Assembly (NCBI RefSeq): GCF_023055435.1
Contig: NW_025963890.1
Location: 43,462,001 to 43,526,000 of the forward strand
Length of the DNA stretch: 64,000 nucleotides
Direction: 5' to 3'
From: Haliotis rufescens
Taxonomy: Eukaryota
Shown here: piece after piece, positions 48,578 through 60,866 of the stretch
How positions within the stretch are numbered: the stretch's first letter is position 1
Layout of the letters: each line of letters starts with the position of its first letter
Translations under genes and position numbers: made by a program
The notes under the pieces: generated by a model
The model's database searches: none
The model's input: only the letters and a program-made list of their open reading frames with translations
Told to the model about the DNA's origin: nothing

Positions 48578-51359
48578 ATGCCATCAAGGACAACATTCTC
48601 GGTGGTCCTGAACTCAGTGGTGCTGACATGTATTCTGCTGTTATTTCCCATTGAAGGTTAGTAAAGGAATAATGTTTCACATGTAGTCAGAAGCCTGGTA
48701 GATCATGGACTCATTAATTCAAACGTTTCGAGGAGTGAAATAGTGTTTCATTTGAAGGAGTAAATGGATGCTAGATAGTTTGATTACATTTATTTTATTT
48801 TTCCATTTTGCAAGGTGTTTTCTTTTGTGCTGACATCTCTTTCCTGTGTTATCTCTGCCTTTTTCTCACTGCAACGACAGCTCCTACATCAACGACACTG
48901 TGTAACGAGTGTGACGGTAACAACGTTACCTGTGAAAATGGCGTGTGTCTACTACGTTGCGTCCGTTTGACGTCATCTGGAGAGTGTCTCCAGTGTCTTG
49001 ACTCCAGGTTCTATGGTAAACAGTGTGAACATGACTGTCCAGACACCTGTCTCAACTCTCGCTGTCTGATGAACAACACCCGTGTTGTGTGTACAGAGGG
49101 ATGTGTGGCCGGCAAGAAGGGAGATAACTGTGCCTCTTCTTGTCCTTCGTCCTGCTCACAATGTGAACAGACAGGAGATGCCTGTATTGGACCATGTCAA
49201 AACGACCAGTATTACGGTTCACAATGTGAAACTCCCTGTCCTGATAACTGTTTGGATGGCTGTAGGAATGACACGGGGAGCTGCAAAAGCTGCGTGGACG
49301 GTTACACAGGAGAGTACTGTAATGGATGTGTGGTGGGCTACAGTGGGGGGTACTGTAACATTGCTTGTCCCCCACACTGCCTGGACGTATGTGATAAAGA
49401 CAAGGGTGAGTGTGGCAGCTGTGTGACAGGTTACACAGGGACGTTCTGTAATGAAACCTGTCCCTCCAACTGTACTCCGTGTGAGCAACGTAATGGGCAG
49501 TGCATTGGACCATGCCCCGACAGCCTGTACTACGGCCCTTTCTGTTCTATACAATGCCCTACAAGTTGTGCGGGATGCGACAAGACGACAGGGAGATGCA
49601 TTCTCTGTGCCGATGGCTACACACAGTGTACGGACGGTCTCTGTCAGAAGGGTGACTGTGACTCAGGTGGGTGGTACACATGAACTTTTGCCTAAACATC
49701 AAACATGTTCATATGCTATTTAATAGCTATTAAAAGTATATCGACATAAGTCTATTTGATATTGATCCATAAACACATGCTCATCATATAGTCGGAATCG
49801 AACAATCGCCTTCTATTGACTAAGAGAGGGGTTTTGTCACTTTTATTTTATCTAAAATGTAATTTTCGTTTTAGTGAGGATTTGACAAACAAGTTAAGAT
49901 AAAATGATGTCTTTAAAAAGAAACAAAATGACTAGAATATAACGAAAGTACCTCCTGTCACTGTCTCCGATATAATATTATTTACATTGGTATACATGTG
50001 TGTGATATGATTTACAATGTACATGTAACCGTTTTTTTCTATTAACACGTTTCAAACGTTAGATGTGCGATGAATTAAATATTTCATCTTGTCCTTTCAT
50101 TAAAAAGGGAGGGCAATATTACAATGAAGTGCATACATTATATCCGTGTTGGGAATCGAACCTGGGCTTTCTGCGTGACTGGCGAAAGGCTTTAATGACT
50201 CGCAATTGACTTGTCTTTGCATGTGTTTGTGACGTGTACCGGTGGGGCGGGATACGCTCGCATTTTCTCGAACACCTGGTTTCTTTATTATTTGATAGTG
50301 ATTCATAAACACTTGCTCATGACATAGTAGGGATCGGAACAGTCGACTCTGCTTTGTGCAGATATTTCTATTGGATATGGAAGGGGTTTTGTAGCTTTAT
50401 TTATATCTAGGCTACACCTCGCTTCGAACATAATAAACAGTGTACTCATATTTGTATTACTACAGGTAACACGATTTTGACTCTGAAAGTGACAGCTGGA
50501 GTGCTGGCGATGGCTGTGTTGCTTGGAACGATCTTGGCGGTGGTCATTCTGGTCAGACGCAGGAGCAAATGCCAACACGGGTAAGAATGTTAATGTACTA
50601 TCATAATCACATAGCAAATACATGTTTAGAATACGTCCATAATATTAGCTTCTTGTTTTCTCATATGCAAACACAGTTGTGAATGTGAATCTGAAATTTT
50701 AGAATTGAAAGTGTTTAAATTATATGTCACTTTCAGAATAATGTGCTTGAATAATGATTCATCAACACTAAGGGGACTATTTACTAAACTGCACTTTTTT
50801 TCTCAATAGTGAGATGTCTCCCCGTCAAGACATTCCACAGGACCTTGGTCAGAGTGACAGCAATGAATACTGGGCCCACAAATACTGGGAAATACATGAC
50901 AAGGAATCTGGCTCTGAATCTGGGTCAAACATCTCACCTGTGCTCCCGTTACCCTATAGACGATCTGAACAAGCCAAGGATATCCCCCTAGGAAATGTCA
51001 CAGTAAGGAAACCAATGCCGTATAATACTGACGTGTCACCGGCGGCTGTGGTACACCAGGATGGACATGATTCGACTTATGAACCATTTGTTGTGGAATC
51101 GCCACAGTCGGACGTGGTGGACAGTGTCGTGGCTGGTGCAGCAGAGGAGGACATCATGGGTACGACACTCAGTAACTCTGGTCCTCGGACAAATCAGGAA
51201 GGGGGCGGAGTCATGAAGAATCCCATCCAACCTCATATTCAGCACCTTATCAGAAAGACGGAATCTATAATAGCTATTGAACAACATCTTGATTTAGCAA
51301 ATATCAATGTCAAATATCTTACACCTGATAAAGTTAACACCAGTTCAAATACATTATAA
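48578..51359 (+). CDS. Receptor gene 5: EGF-repeat type-I membrane protein, ~509 aa
   Basis: Exons: 48578-48656 (MPSRTTFSVVLNSVVLTCILLLFPIE), 48881-49666, 50466-50580 (TM VTAGVLAMAVLLGTILAVVILV), 50810-51359 (YWAHKYWEIHDKE ... LIRKTESIIAIEQHLDLANINVKYLTP). 1530 nt in frame. AATAAA ~51436. Confidence 0.9.
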
Positions 51360-51469
51360 TTGCGTCAAAAGGATCGTGGAATCATTTTAGATGTTCTTTC
51401 ATAATATGCTTGTTTTGAGTATATTCATACGTTGCAATAAATCTTTGTCAAAATTTTACTGTTTCTTTT

Positions 51470-51657
51470 TTGTTCGTAGTTTAACCTCGTATTCAGCAAT
51501 ATTCAAGCTATATGACGGTGGTCTGTAAATAATCGAGTCTGAACCAGACAATCCAATGATTGACATCATGAGCATCGATCTACGCAATTGGGATACGATG
51601 ACATGCATCAACCAAATCATTGAGCCTGACCATTCGATCCCGTTAGTCTCCTCTTAC
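51470..51657 (-). mobile_element. SINE-like family B, 5'-truncated
   Basis: Family B body and tail. Confidence 0.8.
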
Positions 51658-53132
51658 TTATATACTTTGTACTAAGTTTGTGATATATGTAAAAGCAGAG
51701 TCCATTGTACGATTCCGACTATATCACAAACGTGTGAAACGTGTCATAAATACATGCAAAGACAAGTAAATTATTCACCCGAAAATACACTGGAACATAT
51801 GGTACAATTCAAAATAGGGAATTGCAATGGACATCACTTTTGTCACTGATGTGTCAAATTTGGAAATACCAATGCTTCTTATCCCTTGAAATTTAGATAA
51901 GGTTGATGTATGTTGGATGTAGGATAAGCAAACACGAACATGATAAGACGTTAAACAACTTATCAATTAAAACTACAGTTTTTGTGTATGTCAAACATCT
52001 CCCCTATAATCTCCATTACTACCGGAAGTATTCCATTGTAGTGTGTAATTTACGAAACAGTCACTGTTGCAAGTTCTTCTTTGACAAGGCATTGAAAACG
52101 ACTACGCTAATTTCATTCTGAAATATTAAACAGTACATATTTTAAACTACATTCGAGGCTCTACCATAATTTTGACAATGACATGTGATATATTTTTGCA
52201 AGAGGCCCACATTTACCTGAACATTTAACAAGTGAATGAAACTTGTGAGACATACATTTTTATGCATCATCGAACGCCATGTTTTATAAGACGTGCACAC
52301 ACACACACACACTCACACACACACATGTATGTAATACTTAACCAAAATATGTGTATATCTCACAGGTATATGTACATGCCATAGTGTTTATGTTACAGTT
52401 GATGTGTAAAATGTGATCTCAATATATAAAATGCCTTAATATTTCTGTCATTTTACACATTGACTGCATATGTTTTCCCCTGCTTATCAGACTACACGAG
52501 GAAGACCTCCGAATACAATCATCTGACACGAACACTATTTTAGAGTAAAATCACATCTCACTCTTTGGAAAGTAGCATATAAATGCATTTAATAATAATC
52601 CCACATTAACTGTTTACATAATGATGTAATGATTTCGACACTTAATTTGATCAATCTTGAAAGATAATAAAAAAACAACAACAGCTATTTAAGCTTCCTG
52701 CAATTGATTGTTGATGTGTATTCACGTGATAATATTACATTAATAGAACATTAAATATAACATCATTAGTTTCAGTTTGGATTTCCTTGCAACGAAGGTC
52801 ACACGGACAGAATAGTTTTACAAAAGTTCAGATGAGTCATATATGTGCATGTAGGCACGTCGAAAACATGCGTAAGCATGCGGTTTCAATATTTTTTCAA
52901 GATTTGTGTATTTGAACGAACATATGCCTCTCCTGACAGCGCATGACAGGGTTGCAGTTATCCTTTCCTCATAATGTTTGTTTTGTTGGTTAGGAGGAGG
53001 ACAGTATAACGTGCAACTAGTTTCTTAAGAAGACAGCTGCTCACTTCCAGTCGTAACTAGTTGAAATCACCAGTAACCATTTGGATACATCAGATTGATG
53101 AAGGTAATTATAACTTTGGATTATGTAAAATA

Positions 53133-53416
53133 GTGAGTGAGTGAGTGAGTTGGGTTTCACGCCGCTTTTAACATTATTACAGTTATATCACGGCGTGTCA
53201 GCTTAATGTGGGAGGAAAGCCCGAAGTGATGCAGGTCTCAGACGTTTACCACTTCGGTGAAACCCACGAGCACGGGTATGGAGCTGACAAACCTAGAAAC
53301 ATAATCGGGGCGAACCGGGATTCGAACCCACAATCATAGGTTTCTGGCGTGCCCAAGGGACGCAACTCTGTACAGCGAATCGCGGTGCCTTAGACGACTG
53401 GGCCACCCGTGCCCCC
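53133..53416 (-). mobile_element. SINE family A, full length
   Basis: TSD ttatgta[a/t]aata. Confidence 0.9.
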
Positions 53417-53692
53417 TTATGTATAATATCATGAGGTTTGTTGCGGGTTTATTCAAGGTACAAATACAGTGAATAAGATGGTGAAAATAAGCTTCTGATT
53501 GCTTGGTGACAGAACCTTTTGTGCGTTTGATTTGGGATGATAAAATATATTTCGAAAAGTTTTAAATTTTGAACTCGTGAGTGAGTTTGGATTAATGCCG
53601 CTTTGGGGAGTATTTCAGTTATATCACGGCTAGTCAGATTAACGTGAGAGGAAACACGAAGGAATGCATACGTACGGTAACCTCTTTTATGA

Positions 53693-53862
53693 GTGAGTGA
53701 GTGAGTGAGTTTGGTTTTACGCCGCTTTTAGCAATATTCCAGCGATATCACGGCGGGGGACACCAGAAATGGGCTTCACACATTGTACCCATGTCGGGAC
53801 TCGAACCCGGGTCTTCGGCGTGACGAGCGAACGCTTTAACCACTAGGCTACCCGACCGCCCC
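53693..53862 (-). mobile_element. SINE family C nested in an old family A remnant
   Basis: TSD ctcttttatga. Confidence 0.9.
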
Positions 53863-54013
53863 TCTCTTTTATGAAACCCACAGGCAAAGGTAGGAAACTA
53901 AACAGGACAAACAGGTATTCGATCCCATGATCATAGTGTTATTATGAAACTGTTTGATAAAACGGTCATAGTTCTGTTACTTGACGTGTCTTACTGTGTT
54001 TCTGTATAGAAAT

Positions 54014-57000
54014 ATGGCGCCTTTCGGTTCGATATTGCGACACCCGGTGTTCTGTGTGGTAGCGGCCATCTGCATGGTACCCGTCACAGCAGGTTTGTTT
54101 TTAACACCAATAATTTATGATAAATGGAGAGTAACGATCATGAATACTTTTTAGTAAACAATGTTTAAAGCTGAAACAAATACAAATATACTGTTCATAT
54201 TGCCTATTCGAAATATTGCAGATTGCGATATATACTTAAACAATTTGTAGTCATTTCTGGTTTCCGAGCTCAAAAGTTGTATTTTCAACGGAGACCGTTT
54301 ATAATCTAATGTACTAAGTGTCATTGTTATGATTCTATTAAGAATGTTGCAATTCCATTGATTAAAAAAGTACCAGGTGCCGAAACAATACATTTCAATG
54401 TAGACCTCCAAATCATGTCTCGTCTGACTTGTCACATGATCAGTATTGACCCTTCACGTGATGAATATTGACTCGTCTGCTAGAAACAAGATGGCGTCTT
54501 GTATACTACCATTTTCCGCTTTGCAGCTAAGTTACTGTAAAGAAACAGATAACGGCTTAATGGCTTCATAAATTTGAAAGTGAATTTCGGTATAACAAAA
54601 CAACTGATTACTTTTGACAAGGTCATTATGCGAAAAAAAGGAGCCTCGGACCCGACTGATTCGTCGGTCTGACGAGACCCCGGCCGTCGGTCTCGATCCG
54701 GTCAGACGATCTCAGGGGTCGGGTCCTCGGGTCCTTGTTTTCGCATATGGACCTATTAAGAGTAATTTTTTGTTTATTGTTTATCACTTTTTGTGAAAGG
54801 TTCTTCAGTGTGCTCCTCCTGCACCGGTAACAACGTGACCTGTGCTGACGGTATATGTCTGCCTCGCTGTGTCAATGTGACGTCCTCTGGAGAGTGTCTC
54901 ATGTGCCGTGATTTCATGTTTCACGGGGTACAGTGTGAAACCCTCTGTCCACACACCTGTCTCAACGCGCGTTGTCAGATGAACAACTCCCATGTTGTTT
55001 GCAAAGAGGGATGCGTGGCTGGCAAGAAGGGAGATAACTGTGGTGTTGACTGTCCGCCATCTTGTACACACTGTGTAGGGGATGAATGTATAGGTCCATG
55101 TTTGAACCCCCGGTATTTTGGTCCTAAATGTAAAACACCATGTCCCGAGGACTGTAATAGTGGCTGCGATAAAAACACAGGGAAATGCAAACCATGTTCT
55201 GTAGGTTACATGGGGGAGCACTGTACCACTGTTTGCCCCTCGGGATGTAAAGATGGGTGTCACCAGGAGACAGGGGCATGTAACAGCTGCATGCCTTGGT
55301 ACGGTGGGGACTATTGTGACGTTTGTCAGACAGGGTACCGCGGGAAGTACTGTAACATTAATTGCCCAGCCTTATGTACAGCGTGTGAGCGCCATGGGAA
55401 TAAGTGTATCGGAGCTTGCCTGAATATTTGGAATTACGGTCAATATTGTAATCTCTCATGCCCATCCAACTGTAGAGAGAGGTGCCAGAAGTTGACGGGG
55501 GAGTGTGATGGTTGTGTACCGGGGTTTAGAGGCACATATTGTAACGTTACCTGTCCAGTAAACTGCACAGAGTGTACGCGTCTTGCTGATGAGTGTGTGG
55601 AACCGTGTACTGACAGCAAGTCCTATGGAGCATCCTGCCAACACCACTGCCCAGTCAACTGCAAGGACGGCTGTTACAGACTGACGGGCGACTGCATCAA
55701 CTGTAACCCTGGTTACAGAGGGAGATACTGTAAGCTTCCGTGCAGCAATGGAGCATGTAATCCAGGTGAAGTTATTACAGGAGACTGTTTACACCCCTTT
55801 GGATTTTCTTTAGAAATGAGTGAGTGAGTGAGTGAGTTGGGTTTAACGCCGCTGTTAACATTATTCCAGTTATATCACGGCATGTCAGCTTAATGTGGGA
55901 GGAAAGTCCGAAAGTGATGCAGGTCTAAGACGTTTACCACTTCGGTGAAACCCACGAGCACGGATATGGTGCTGACAAACCTAGAAACATAATTGGGACG
56001 AACCGGGATTCGAACCCACAATCATAGGTTTCTGGCGTGCCCAAGGGACGCAACTCTGCACAGCGAATCGCGGCGCCTAAGACGACTGGTCCACCCGTGC
56101 CCCCTCTTTAGAAATGGTATATGGTATATGATATTCATGCTTGGTTAAAATGAATGTATTACAGGCAGTAAAGATTAAACGGTATAAACAAATTGGAAAT
56201 ATAATCTTTTTATAGCAATGGCTGCAACGGCGTATTGATGTGAGATCAGGAGTGAAATTATGTAGAATAAGGGGTAATATAGTGGTAAATAAGAACATTG
56301 CGAAAAGCATGACAAGTTCTAGCCCATCTAGTTCTTGTCGAGGTTGTTTGATGCTTGATCAGGGTTACGGCATTCGAGGCCTCGGTGGGGCTTTTGGGGA
56401 CGTGTGGAGGACGCATCGGTGACGAAAATGCTTTTGGCTTGTGCCGTTTGTTACCGTGTTTTTTTTAGGTGTAAAAAATGACTTGCCTTTGCATGTGTTT
56501 GTCACTGGTGTCACCGATGGGGCAAGATGCAATCACCTTTTCGCGAACACCTAGTATCACCACTATTTGATAGAGATTCATAAACACATGGTAATGATAT
56601 AGTAGGAATCGTACAACCAACAAGAGATTTCTATTGAATATGGAGGGGTTGTTGTCGCTTTTAATGTAATTGCAATGGTTCCGTTTGTCATTCTAATTGA
56701 TGCGAAATATTTCTGAATATATAATCTATATTGAACTTTCAACTAGCGATGATTATGCATTCATATATATCATTTTAGGTGACCCGAGGCTGACTACGAA
56801 AGTCGTTGGTGGCGCAGTAGCTGTGGTGGTGCTGCTGGGCTTGTCTATAGCTGGGTCGGTGCTAATGAAGCGTTATAGAAGCCACCATAGGTAGGTATAG
56901 GGTCTGTAGTCATATCGTTTAAACATCATTACCTCATTAAAACGGTGTGTCACTTAAAACGATTCAACTGCATCAAATAATCTATACTTTAAACATGTTC

Positions 57001-58143
57001 ATATCAGTGCCCTGCTTATATCACTAACCCGCTTTTCTGAGATCTCACTTTAGATATTATGTCAGGAAAATTTAGAACATACTTTCAATACACATATTTA
57101 TCACATTGTATAGTTTTACAATGATACATGTTCCATTTAATCGTTATATTATTCCACCCGTGAAGATTCCGGGGAAGAATAGGTCTTCAGCAACCCATGC
57201 TTGCCTTAAAAGGTGACTATGCTTGTCGTAAAAGGCGACTAACGGGATCGGGTGGTCAGGCTCGCTGACTTGGTTGATGCATGTAATCGATCCCAATTGC
57301 GTGGATCGATGCTCATGACATTAATCACTGGATTGTCTGGTCCAGACTCGATTATTTACAGACCGCCGTCATATAGCTGAAATATTGCTGAGTGCGGCGT
57401 TAAACAACCAACCAACCAACCAACCAACGTTATATTATTCCGTTCCTTGACTAGTATTCAGTTGGTTAGATATGTTTGTCTGGTGACTAACTGAAAAGCA
57501 GTTGTGAAACAAGTACTGAACACATTCTATGTTTGTATTTGACAGTCGGGTTCCTGCCGCCGCTTGCCGAGCTGAAACAACACGTCGATGCAACTGTGGC
57601 GATTACTGGACACACAAATACTGGGAAATAAATGAACAGGACGTGAACTCGGATCAATGTTTAGAGGAAGTAGCTCGGCCCACTTCGCGTTATCCCCATA
57701 CACTGGCAAGAACAACCCGCGCTGAAAGCAGACCAGAGAAACCGGAACATGAACGACGGGGGTCCAACAAAATAGAGGAACAAAACGCCAACTCTATATC
57801 TGTTCCAGGGACTCTCAATATTGAGACATTTCAGGGGTCTAACACTGGGGCAGGATTGACAATGACTGCTTCCTACTGCGAAGCACGTCCTACTGTAATT
57901 CATGATGATGATGATGATGATGGCTTGTATCCAATTGATGAGAAAGTATCTTTTCTGAACACTGAAGGCGATCCAATACTTGCCTCAGCCAAAAGTGAAA
58001 ATGGTATTGATTATTGTCATATGTCACTTGACACCCAAAGGTTGATTAAAAAGACTGATTCGGTCCTATTCATAGAGCAAAACTGTGACATGTCCAAAGT
58101 CAACGTCAAATATCTGACCCCAAAGTCCAAACTTAAAACTTAA
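54014..58143 (+). CDS. Receptor gene 6: EGF-repeat type-I membrane protein, ~584 aa (most diverged ectodomain)
   Basis: Exons: 54014-54092 (MAPFGSILRHPVFCVVAAICMVPVTA), 54800 (or 54809)-55765, 56779-56890 (TM VVGGAVAVVVLLGLSIAGSVLM), 57546-58143 (YWTHKYWEINEQDV ... LIKKTDSVLFIEQNCDMSKVNVKYLTP). 1755 nt in frame. Confidence 0.9.
54620..54754. mobile_element. Palindromic MITE just upstream of the gene 6 ectodomain acceptor
   Basis: aggtcattatgcgaaaa / ttttcgcatatggacct ends with nested internal inverted arms (ggacccgac/gtcgggtcc, tctgac/gtcaga, gagacc/ggtctc). Confidence 0.8.
55819..56104 (-). mobile_element. SINE family A, full length
   Basis: 12-bp TSD tctttagaaatg. Confidence 0.9.
57156..57427 (+). 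mobile_element. SINE-like family B, full length
   Basis: 14-bp TSD cgttatattattcc. Confidence 0.9.
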
Positions 58144-58649
58144 ACCATGGTCGTGTCCGTTTACATTGTACAGAGAGACAATTGAAAATGTATACTTATA
58201 ATTATAAAATAAAATATAATCACGTCACATACTATTTAATTTTTTTGTCATTTTGTTAATAATTTTACCACGTTGGATACCATGGATACCATGGATAATA
58301 AGTATGAGAGAATTGTGTCCTATCTCAAAACATTGCGTTCTATGTGACATTCACCTTTAGTATATCGGCTTATGAAAGAACACAATATATTTGCCTAGAA
58401 TCTTGGCAACAAGGTTTAAAACATTTTCTCAAAAAGAGAAAAAATGATGCTGCCAGTTTTACCACGAACTTTGGTGTTACATTTGCGAAACAATCAAGAA
58501 ACACTTCGTTCACAAAGGTTGAGTAGAGGAGTGGAAATATCACGTTATATTTCCCTTGTGACAGAATGCTTTGCATAGCTACGACATGCTATGCTAGTTC
58601 ACGCAAAGAGAACAAGAAACATTTTGCCACTAATAGTCTCTGTGCAAAG

Positions 58650-59165
58650 TGGTCAGGTCACACACCAGGCGGAGTTAGGCAACGTTGGTTGCGGAGAGTA
58701 GTTGGATGGGTGACCGTGTTCGGCGCCTGTGACGCCTGCATGGGTGTCTATCCTGCCTCACATTGAAGCACATGTAGCATACAGGTGGCTTTGTTCGAAA
58801 TACGCCCATGTTTTCCCAGCAGCGAATGGGTACCCGGTAGGATGACAACCGGCGGCTTGGGTTTGTTTTGTTTTGTTTGTTTGTTTGTTGTTTAACGCCG
58901 CACTCAGCAATATTCCAGCTATATGACGGCGGTCTGTAAATAATCGAGTCTGGACCAGACAATCCAGCGATTGATAACATGAGCATCGATCCACGCAATC
59001 GGGATCGATGACATGCATTAACCAAGTCAGCGAGCCTGACCACCCGTTCCCGATCCCGATCCCGTTAGTCGCCTTTCGCCAAGCATGGGTTGCTGAAAAC
59101 CTATTCTACCCTGGATCTTTACGGGCCCAGCTTGGGTTGGACTCTCGCCAGGGAGCTGAGAATGA
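58650..59165 (+). mobile_element. SINE family E (5S-like plus Deu/Nin-like) with a family B element (58864-59125, minus) inserted
   Basis: agttaggcaacgttgg...agtagttggatgggtgaccg and cccagcagcgaatgggtacc; gcttgggtt is duplicated around the insert. Confidence 0.65.
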
Positions 59166-59560
59166 AAATCGAATGCACCGTAATCCAATGGCCGCGGTGA
59201 AAGTGTGCCCTTAAGCTTTGAGCAAGAAAAATCCGTAATACAAATGGAATATTATTATAGCAAAGTTTGATATAATAATATACACCTCTATATGCACACT
59301 GAATTTCATATTCACTGCATATATACTTTCTGTAAAAGAAGAAACATTGCTCTCGATTATTATGCACTACAACACATGAGTGTCCAAGAAGCGGTATCAT
59401 ACTGGTTTTAACCGATGTCACATGTAACTGATAAATGTAAAAAGTAAAACACGACAAAAATAAATTGTCCTTTAACATTTTTTGAATAATTTACAAAGAA
59501 CCTTGACGTGGAATTAATCATGTTACTATAAGTTACTGTTCTTTTTAATTAAACCATAAT

Positions 59561-59690
59561 GAAGAGAACTTATGGATGTCAACTTCTTTATTATGATCAT
59601 AATAAATAATTATTATCATAATAAAGAACTTGACATCCATAAATTCTCTTCCTTATTAAATCACTTCTGAATGCCTTTCAAAGACTGAAT
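59561..59690. repeat. Palindrome built from two inverted 3' ends of the Penelope-like pLTR
   Basis: gaagagaacttatggatgtcaacttctttattatga ... tcataataaagaacttgacatccataaattctcttc. Confidence 0.75.
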
Positions 59691-60591
59691 TAAACCATGC
59701 GACAGGGTAATACTATGAAAGACGGGTATATTATCTGCATGACTGATGGCGAGGGATGTACCCGAATATCAGTGACACATATAGATAAAGACCTTATTGC
59801 AATTTTTTCAGTAGCCATTATATATTTCAAAGTAAACTCACGAAAGTACTTCAGTATCTTAAACAGTGCATAGTGAAATAACACAAGAAACAGGGAAGAA
59901 ATTAACCCAATAACCGGACACGATGTTTTTTAGAACAGTCTTTTAAAACTTACCATGCATATATTTATGGCTTTGATTTGCATAATTAGCTTAATATTAT
60001 TCACACAACATGATGTTGAGGCCAGCACTAACACGTGTTATGTACATCGATTACAGAATTTATTTTCTGGTATATGATTAATCACCATGTATGTATGAAT
60101 ATGAAACATGAATGAAAACATTGAAACAGAAACATGCGGTGGCTATTTTCGTAATGACGAGGTTAGTCCACCCTCTTACTTAAATTATTTTTAAATCAGG
60201 AAATCAATTGAAAAAGATTCTTGTGTCTAATGTTAGTTACCACACAGTTGAAAGTTGCTTGTATGCATATTTAAAAGTACACGAAGTCAGCTTGATTTTG
60301 TAAATGAGCGTGGCACTTGGCATTGCTCGTTTCAAGATGTCCATATTATTTCTTCACCCCTTCATTTAACATGTATGTATATGTTTCTTGAAGAAGTGTT
60401 TTGTGTGTAGGCCTATCGTATTCATTCCTTATATTTTATGTTAACTTAAAAAAAATAGTTTTATTGATTTTTTCGATACATACCATAGAGATACCAATTA
60501 ATACTTGAACAAAGCATTAACGACAGCTAGCTGTATCTACCATGAATATAATTGGAAGCTGAAGTACATATATGGCAACAAGTAATTCAAG

Positions 60592-60703
60592 TGAGTGAGT
60601 GAGTGAGTGAGTATGGTTTTACGCCGCTTTTAGCGATATTCCAGCAATACCACGGCGAACATGACGAGCGAACGCTTTAACCACTAGGCTACCCGAACGC
60701 CCC
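60592..60703 (-). mobile_element. SINE family C, internally deleted
   Basis: TSD agtaattcaag. Confidence 0.85.
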
Positions 60704-60866
60704 AGTAATTCAAGAATGTGAACAGATGTTGGCGGATTACAACGTCATGGATCTAGACTACTCGGCTTATAAATAATTTCATTTCATCTTCCTCGTCATT
60801 AGTTTCACGACCGTTTCATAAGCCCGTATGTAGCACTTACAGGACCTGGTGCACAAGATAAGCTTC

